Below, piece after piece: positions 27,631-32,000 of a DNA stretch of 32,000 nt. The notes under the pieces are model-generated. The model saw only the letters and a program-made list of their open reading frames with translations. It did not search any database and was not told where the DNA came from. Position 1 is the first letter of the stretch, and every line of letters starts with the position of its first letter. Origin of the DNA: Candidatus Poriferisocius sp. GTDB lineage: Bacteria; Actinomycetota; Acidimicrobiia; Acidimicrobiales; Bin134. The DNA lies in assembly GCF_965219815.1 (NCBI RefSeq), contig NZ_OZ244791.1, positions 2,446,486-2,478,485 of the forward strand, in the 5' to 3' direction. The translations under genes and the position numbers were made by a program.

Positions 27631-29243
27631 ACCGGGGCGTCCTGGGGCGCCAGAGGCTGGTTGCCCAAGATGAGATCGGCCGCCTTCTCGGCGATCATCA
27701 TTACTGGGGCGTAGATGTTGCCGTTGGTCACGGTGGGCATCACCGAGGCGTCCACCACCGCCAGCCCCTCGGTTCCGTGAACCTGCATCGTTGCGGGATC
27801 CACGACTGACTGATCATCACACCCCATGCGAGCCGTCCCCGCGGGATGCAGCGCGGTCTCGGCGTCGCGGGCCACCCAGTCCATGATTTGGCCATCGGTG
27901 GCGACTTCGGGGCCCGGGGACAGCTCGCCCGCGTTGTAGGCGGCAAAGGCCGGTTGGCTCATGATGCTGCGGGTCACTCTGATGGTCTCCACCCACTCGC
28001 GCCGGTCCTGCTCTGTGGAGAGGTAGTTGAACTGAATCGCCGGCTTTACCCGTGGATCGAGCGATTTGATTCGCAGATGGCCCCGGGCGTCTGAGTACAT
28101 GGGTCCGACGTGAACTTGGTAGCCGTGTCCGCTGCTCGGCGACGAGCCGTCGTAGCGGATGGCCAAAGGCAGGAAGTGGAGCATGAGATTCGGGTAGGAC
28201 TCGTCGGGGTTGGAGCGGACAAAACCGCCGCCCTCGAAGTGGTTGGTGGCCCCTGGCCCTTTTCGGGCCAGCCATTGCAGGCCGATCCAGGGCCGGCGCC
28301 ACAGCTTGAGATGGGGCTGCATGGAAACCGGCTGGCTGGAGGCGTATTGGACGTACACCTCCAGGTGGTCTTGGAGGTTCTCTCCCACCCCGGGCTGTTC
28401 GGCCACCACCGGGATTTCCAAGGACTCCAGCAGGCCAGCCTGCCCTACCCCGGAGAGCTGAAGCAGCTGGGCTGAGCCGAATGCCCCCGCACACAACAGG
28501 ATCTGGCCCCCCCGGGCGGTGTGCTTGCGTCCCCGTCGGCGGTACTCGACGCCAACCGCTCGGCTGCCCTCGAACAGCACTCGGCTGATGAGAGTGCCGG
28601 TCTCCACCTTGAGGTTCTTGCGGTGCATCACCGGGTGCAGGTAGGCCCGCGACGCTGAGAGCCGCCGTCCCCGGTGGACGTTGCGGTCAAACGCGGCAAA
28701 GCCCTCTTGGCGGTACCCGTTGACGTCATCGGTCAGTTCGTACCCGGCCTCCTGTACTGCCTTGAAGAAGGCGGTGAACAGAGGGCTGTCGGCTGGCCCC
28801 CGCTCCAACACCAGTGGCCCTTCCTCACCCCGCCATTGGTCGCCACCGGCCAGGCAAGTTTCCATGCGCTTGAAGTACGGCAGGCAGTGGCGGTAGTCCC
28901 AGTCCTCCATGCCGGGTTCGGCGGCCCACTTGTTGTAGTCAGCGGGGTTTCCCCGCTGGAAGATCATGCCGTTGATCGAGCTGGAACCGCCCAGAACCTT
29001 GCCCCGGGCGTGGTAGACCCTTCGGCCCCCCATGTGGGGCTCGGGCTCGCTCTCGTACTTCCAGTCGTAAAAGCGACTGCCGATGGGAAAAGCCAGGGCC
29101 GCGGGCATGTGGATGAACACATCCCACTTGTAATCCCGCCGCCCTGCTTCCAGTACCAGAACGCTGTTGTCGGCATCCGCACTCAGTCGGTTGGCCAACG
29201 CACAGCCAGCAGAGCCGCCCCCGACAATGATGAAGTCGTACAA
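27591..29243 (-). CDS. betA: GMC family oxidoreductase / choline dehydrogenase
   Basis: [116 protein letters not shown] start at 29243 preceded by GAGGAG. Confidence 0.88.
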   Translation of the reverse strand: MYDFIIVGGGSAGCALANRLSADADNSVLVLEAGRRDYKWDVFIHMPAALAFPIGSRFYDWKYESEPEPHMGGRRVYHARGKVLGGSSSINGMIFQRGNPADYNKWAAEPGMEDWDYRHCLPYFKRMETCLAGGDQWRGEEGPLVLERGPADSPLFTAFFKAVQEAGYELTDDVNGYRQEGFAAFDRNVHRGRRLSASRAYLHPVMHRKNLKVETGTLISRVLFEGSRAVGVEYRRRGRKHTARGGQILLCAGAFGSAQLLQLSGVGQAGLLESLEIPVVAEQPGVGENLQDHLEVYVQYASSQPVSMQPHLKLWRRPWIGLQWLARKGPGATNHFEGGGFVRSNPDESYPNLMLHFLPLAIRYDGSSPSSGHGYQVHVGPMYSDARGHLRIKSLDPRVKPAIQFNYLSTEQDRREWVETIRVTRSIMSQPAFAAYNAGELSPGPEVATDGQIMDWVARDAETALHPAGTARMGCDDQSVVDPATMQVHGTEGLAVVDASVMPTVTNGNIYAPVMMIAEKAADLILGNQPLAPQDAPVYSAGSIKSRAAP

Positions 29244-29268
29244 CGACTGCTCCTCGAAGAATGAAAAG

Positions 29269-29310
29269 AGAACCGGTGCCGACGGTTCTCTTGCCGCCGG
29301 CACCGGTTCT
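29269..29310 (-). terminator. Rho-independent-type terminator/attenuator between proX and betA
   Basis: gaaccggtgccg (29270-29281) pairs perfectly with cggcaccggttc (29298-29309), plus A29269-T29310. Minus-strand transcript continues TCTCTTTTC. Confidence 0.65.
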
Positions 29311-29320
29311 TAGCTGGAGC

Positions 29321-30406
29321 CTAGGAGGGGAGCCAAGCGCTCCAGACGTTTTGGTTGGCCGCGATCCACTGGGCCGCGGCGTCTTCCACAGACAGTCCAT
29401 CGTTTTCGACAGCGGCCAGCATCGAAATCTGGTCGGCCGTGGAGTAGCTCATTGCCCGCAAGAATGCGTCTGCGTCGGGGGCGTTCTCAGCCAGATCGCG
29501 GTTCACGATCTTGAACAGCACGTCCTCGGGATAGTCGCAATCGATGCCGCCTTCGGCATCTTTGGCGTAGCACTCATCGCTGTAGGCGGGCAGGGCCACC
29601 CGAGTGAGGTCGTAGGAGCCAAAGGCCGAATGCGGTGTCCAGAAGTAGAACAGCACCGGATCTTCTCGGCTGTAGGCAGCGTCCAAAGCGGCCAGGATGC
29701 CGGCCTCGGAGCCTACGTACACGATCTCCAGCGGCAGATTCAGGTTGGCAATGATCTGCTCGTCGTAGATCGTCCAGCTGGGATCGCCGCTGAGGAACTG
29801 GCCTTTGTCTCCGGTCTCAGCGGTGGCGAACAAGCCAGCCAGCTCGGCATCGGCGAAGCCTTCCCAGGTGGCCAGAGCAGGCTCTCGATCCACCATGTAA
29901 GAGGGCATGAACCAGCCGATCTCCCCGACGGGGCCGATCAAACCGGCGTTGTCCACGTTGCCGTCGGCGCTGTCGATGAAGTCAGCCACGTTGTCGGCGT
30001 GGCCCGAGGGCCACACTTCTAGCGAGGCGTCGATGTCCCCAGTGTTGATCGCCGCCCACTGGGCGTTCTCGTCGATGTCTACTGTCTCAACGGAGTAGCC
30101 GAGCTCGCTCTCCAGAAGCTGGGCGGCCACCGCCACATTCACTGCCGAACCGTTCCACGGGTTGACTGCCAGCGTGACCGTGGTCTGCGAACCACGGGTA
30201 TCTGCTGGCTCGGGTTCAGGTTCCGGTGCGGGGGCCTCCGTTGCCGGAGCCGCGGTGGCTGCTGCGGTGGCTGCCGCAGTTGCCGCCGGGGCGCTGGTGT
30301 CGTCGCTGTCGTCGTTGCCGCAGCTGACGGCCACAAGGGCCAAGGCCGCCAAGAGCAAGGCGATGAGCCTCCAGCTTCGAATCGGTTTGGTCTTTGTTGT
30401 CCGCAT
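29321..30406 (-). CDS. proX: Glycine betaine/choline ABC transporter substrate-binding lipoprotein (OpuAC/ProX-like)
   Basis: Lipobox LLLAALALVAVSCGNDD; VTLAVNPWNGSAVNVAVAAQLLESELGYSVETVDIDENAQWAAINTGDIDASLEVWPSGH. ATG at 30406 behind a gggggg-containing RBS. Confidence 0.92.
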   Translation of the reverse strand: MRTTKTKPIRSWRLIALLLAALALVAVSCGNDDSDDTSAPAATAAATAAATAAPATEAPAPEPEPEPADTRGSQTTVTLAVNPWNGSAVNVAVAAQLLESELGYSVETVDIDENAQWAAINTGDIDASLEVWPSGHADNVADFIDSADGNVDNAGLIGPVGEIGWFMPSYMVDREPALATWEGFADAELAGLFATAETGDKGQFLSGDPSWTIYDEQIIANLNLPLEIVYVGSEAGILAALDAAYSREDPVLFYFWTPHSAFGSYDLTRVALPAYSDECYAKDAEGGIDCDYPEDVLFKIVNRDLAENAPDADAFLRAMSYSTADQISMLAAVENDGLSVEDAAAQWIAANQNVWSAWLPS

Positions 30407-30541
30407 TGGGATCCCCCCTAAAGTCAATTGCCAAAAACAGGCTAGCTGGACTGTTTTGTAAAATAGCATATCCCTCAGCCCTGCGCTAGAGGTTCTCTGC
30501 ATTTGGCAGAGCGGGTATGGGTCGCGCCATGCTGGGCATCT

Positions 30542-30606
30542 CGACGACAGGTTCCGACCACATGTCGCGACGACAGGTTTCGACGACAAATCCCGACGAC
30601 AGGAGA
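30542..30606. repeat. Five head-to-tail 13-bp units, consensus CGACGACAGGTTC
   Basis: Units start at 30542, 30555, 30568, 30581 and 30594: cgacgacaggttc / cgaccacatgtcg / cgacgacaggttt / cgacgacaaatcc / cgacgacaggaga. Confidence 0.85.
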
Positions 30607-30611
30607 GAGCG

Positions 30612-30986
30612 ATGGCCGATCTGCCGACCGATCCCAGCGAACTAGTGAGCCAGTTCTGCGCCGCGTGGGCCAACGGCGATGCCGACGAGCTGATGGCCTA
30701 CTTCACTGACGACGCCGTCTATCACAACGTCCCGATGGACCCCTTGGAGGGGGCCGAGGCCATCCGGGCGTTCTTGGAGGGATTCTTTCCCACTTCAGGC
30801 GGCATCGTGTTCGAGACCCACCATCAGGCGGCCAATGGCAATGTGGTCCTGAACGAGCGAACCGACTACATCAACACCGGCGACGGCCAGTTGGCTTTGC
30901 CGGTGTGCGGGGTGTTCGAAGTGCGCGACGGGCGCATCGCCCGCTGGTCGGACTACTTCGACATGGCCAAGCTCACCGGCGGCTGA
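30612..30986 (+). CDS. NTF2-like/SnoaL-like (nuclear transport factor 2 fold) protein
   Basis: LVSQFCAAWANGDADELMAYFTDDAVYHNVPMDPLEGAEAIRAFLEGFF...DYINTGDGQLALPVCGVFEVRDGRIARWSDYFDM resembles limonene-1,2-epoxide hydrolase/SnoaL proteins. aggagag RBS. Confidence 0.9.
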   Translation: MADLPTDPSELVSQFCAAWANGDADELMAYFTDDAVYHNVPMDPLEGAEAIRAFLEGFFPTSGGIVFETHHQAANGNVVLNERTDYINTGDGQLALPVCGVFEVRDGRIARWSDYFDMAKLTGG

Positions 30987-31012
30987 GCCCGGCGCTCAGT
31001 CTGGCAACCCCT

Positions 31013-32000
31013 CTAGCCGCCGAAGAGCTCGGAAAGGGTGTCCACCACGTAGCCGATGTCGTCTGACCCCAGGCCGTGGTGGGTGGGGATGCACAGCGCG
31101 TTGTCCATCACCAGGTCGGCGTTGGGGAAGCCGTCGGCCGGGGCCCGGTGCTCGATGCCCGAGAATCCGGGCTGGCGCAAGATGTTGCCGGTCCAGACCA
31201 TGCGGGACTGCACGTTGCGGTCTTCCAGGAAGTTCTGCACCTCGGTGCGGTCGTGCCCCGACTCGGGACGGAGGATGAAGCCGTACCGCATCCACGTGGT
31301 GTCCACCTCGGGAGTGGTGCGGGGCAGTATCACCTTGTCGATGTGGTTGACCATCAGGTCGTTGTAGCGGTCGCAGGCGTGGCGGCGGCGGGCGTTGAAC
31401 TCCTGGAGTTTGGAGAGCTGAACCAGTCCGTAGGCCGCGCCCAGCTCGGAGGGCTCGAAGTTGTAGCCCAGATCGTCGAATATGAAGATCTGGTCGTACA
31501 TGGTGCCGTCGTCCAGGGGGCCCCAGCGGGTGTCCTGGCCCTGGCGGGAGCCGTAGAGGTACGACTCAGAGCGCCGGCCCCAGCGCCGACGGGTCAGGCA
31601 CTTGTCGTGCATCTCGGGGTCGTCCATGGCCACCATGCCCCCGTTGCCCGCACAGGTGAGCGAGTGGGAGATGGCGAAGCTGGTGAGGCTGATGTCGCTG
31701 CGGGCACCGATGCGGGTGCCCCGCAGGCGGGTGTCCAGCACATCGCAGGAATCCTCGATCACCTTGAGCCCGTGCTCATCGGCGATGGCCCTGATCACGT
31801 CCCAGTCGGGGCAGTTGCCCATCAGGTTGGGGGTCATGATGGCCTTGGTGCGGGGGCCGATCATCTCGGGGATGCGGTTGACGTCGATCTGGAAGGTGTC
31901 GGGCTCCACGTCCACGAACACGGGGACCAGCCCGCATTGGACGATGGAGGAAACGTCGGTGGAGAAGGTGAGCACCGAGGTGATGACCTCGTCACCGGGC
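31013..32000 (-). CDS. DegT/DnrJ/EryC1/StrS-fold protein, RfbH/ColD-like sugar 3-dehydratase (truncated at window edge)
   Basis: Frame is open upstream of the listed Met (PGDEVITSVLTFSTDVSSIVQCGLVPVFVDVEPDTFQID). EDSCDVLDTRLRGTRIGARSDISLTSFAISHSLTCAGNGGMVAMDD; GYNFEPSELGAAYGLVQLSKL. Confidence 0.88.
   Translation of the reverse strand, partial: PGDEVITSVLTFSTDVSSIVQCGLVPVFVDVEPDTFQIDVNRIPEMIGPRTKAIMTPNLMGNCPDWDVIRAIADEHGLKVIEDSCDVLDTRLRGTRIGARSDISLTSFAISHSLTCAGNGGMVAMDDPEMHDKCLTRRRWGRRSESYLYGSRQGQDTRWGPLDDGTMYDQIFIFDDLGYNFEPSELGAAYGLVQLSKLQEFNARRRHACDRYNDLMVNHIDKVILPRTTPEVDTTWMRYGFILRPESGHDRTEVQNFLEDRNVQSRMVWTGNILRQPGFSGIEHRAPADGFPNADLVMDNALCIPTHHGLGSDDIGYVVDTLSELFGG

Noticed and set aside
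30495-30511. Small hairpin ctctgc-atttg-gcagag upstream of the 13-bp array
   Set aside because: Only a 6-bp stem with no U-tract or recognised riboswitch context; expected by chance at this length scale.
1-32000. CRISPR array, tRNA/rRNA, IS element, integrase or defence island
   Set aside because: Scanned intergenic gaps are short and contain no spacer-repeat arrays, CCA-ended cloverleaf candidates, transposase motifs or phage genes. The HNH at the left edge is the common DUF222-type, not sufficient to call a mobile element.

Overview
This 32 kb window is a high-GC, actinobacterial-style chromosomal segment, possibly Acidimicrobiia-like; the lineage is inferred from gene content and style only. 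It is densely coding, with about 26 supportable protein genes. I found no rRNA, tRNA, CRISPR array, transposase or phage module.

Left to right it contains: HNH (DUF222-type) endonuclease C-terminus, Nudix hydrolase, dinB and a DUF3040 protein. Next is a minus-strand DUF2889 / MoxR AAA ATPase / DUF58 / transglutaminase operon. Then come an MFS exporter, a lipocalin/CrtC-like (DUF7064-like) protein, a Zn-alcohol dehydrogenase, a luciferase-like oxidoreductase and GTP cyclohydrolase II.

The middle holds a seven-gene minus-strand catabolic operon: ROK regulator, M20 peptidase, sugar SBP, RbsC-like permease, YhfX-type PLP enzyme, ABC ATPase and NagB-like deaminase. It is followed by a second luciferase-like oxidoreductase, an acyl-CoA synthetase and a PNPOx-like protein. 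The right part is a split betaine/choline locus (fused ProW, ProV, TetR, GMC/choline dehydrogenase, ProX), then an NTF2-like protein and a truncated DegT-fold enzyme.

No convincing new defence or mobile system is visible. The best second-look items are: (i) the YhfX/M20/NagB/CUT2-transporter operon with a ROK regulator lacking the usual Zn ligands; (ii) a DegT-fold protein with His at the PLP-lysine position and without E1-type Fe-S cysteines; (iii) five 13-bp tandem units directly upstream of the NTF2-like gene; (iv) two 18-bp operator-like repeats upstream of the MFS gene; (v) a probable leaderless promoter with an embedded inverted repeat at the ROK gene; (vi) a strong terminator/attenuator hairpin between proX and the dehydrogenase.
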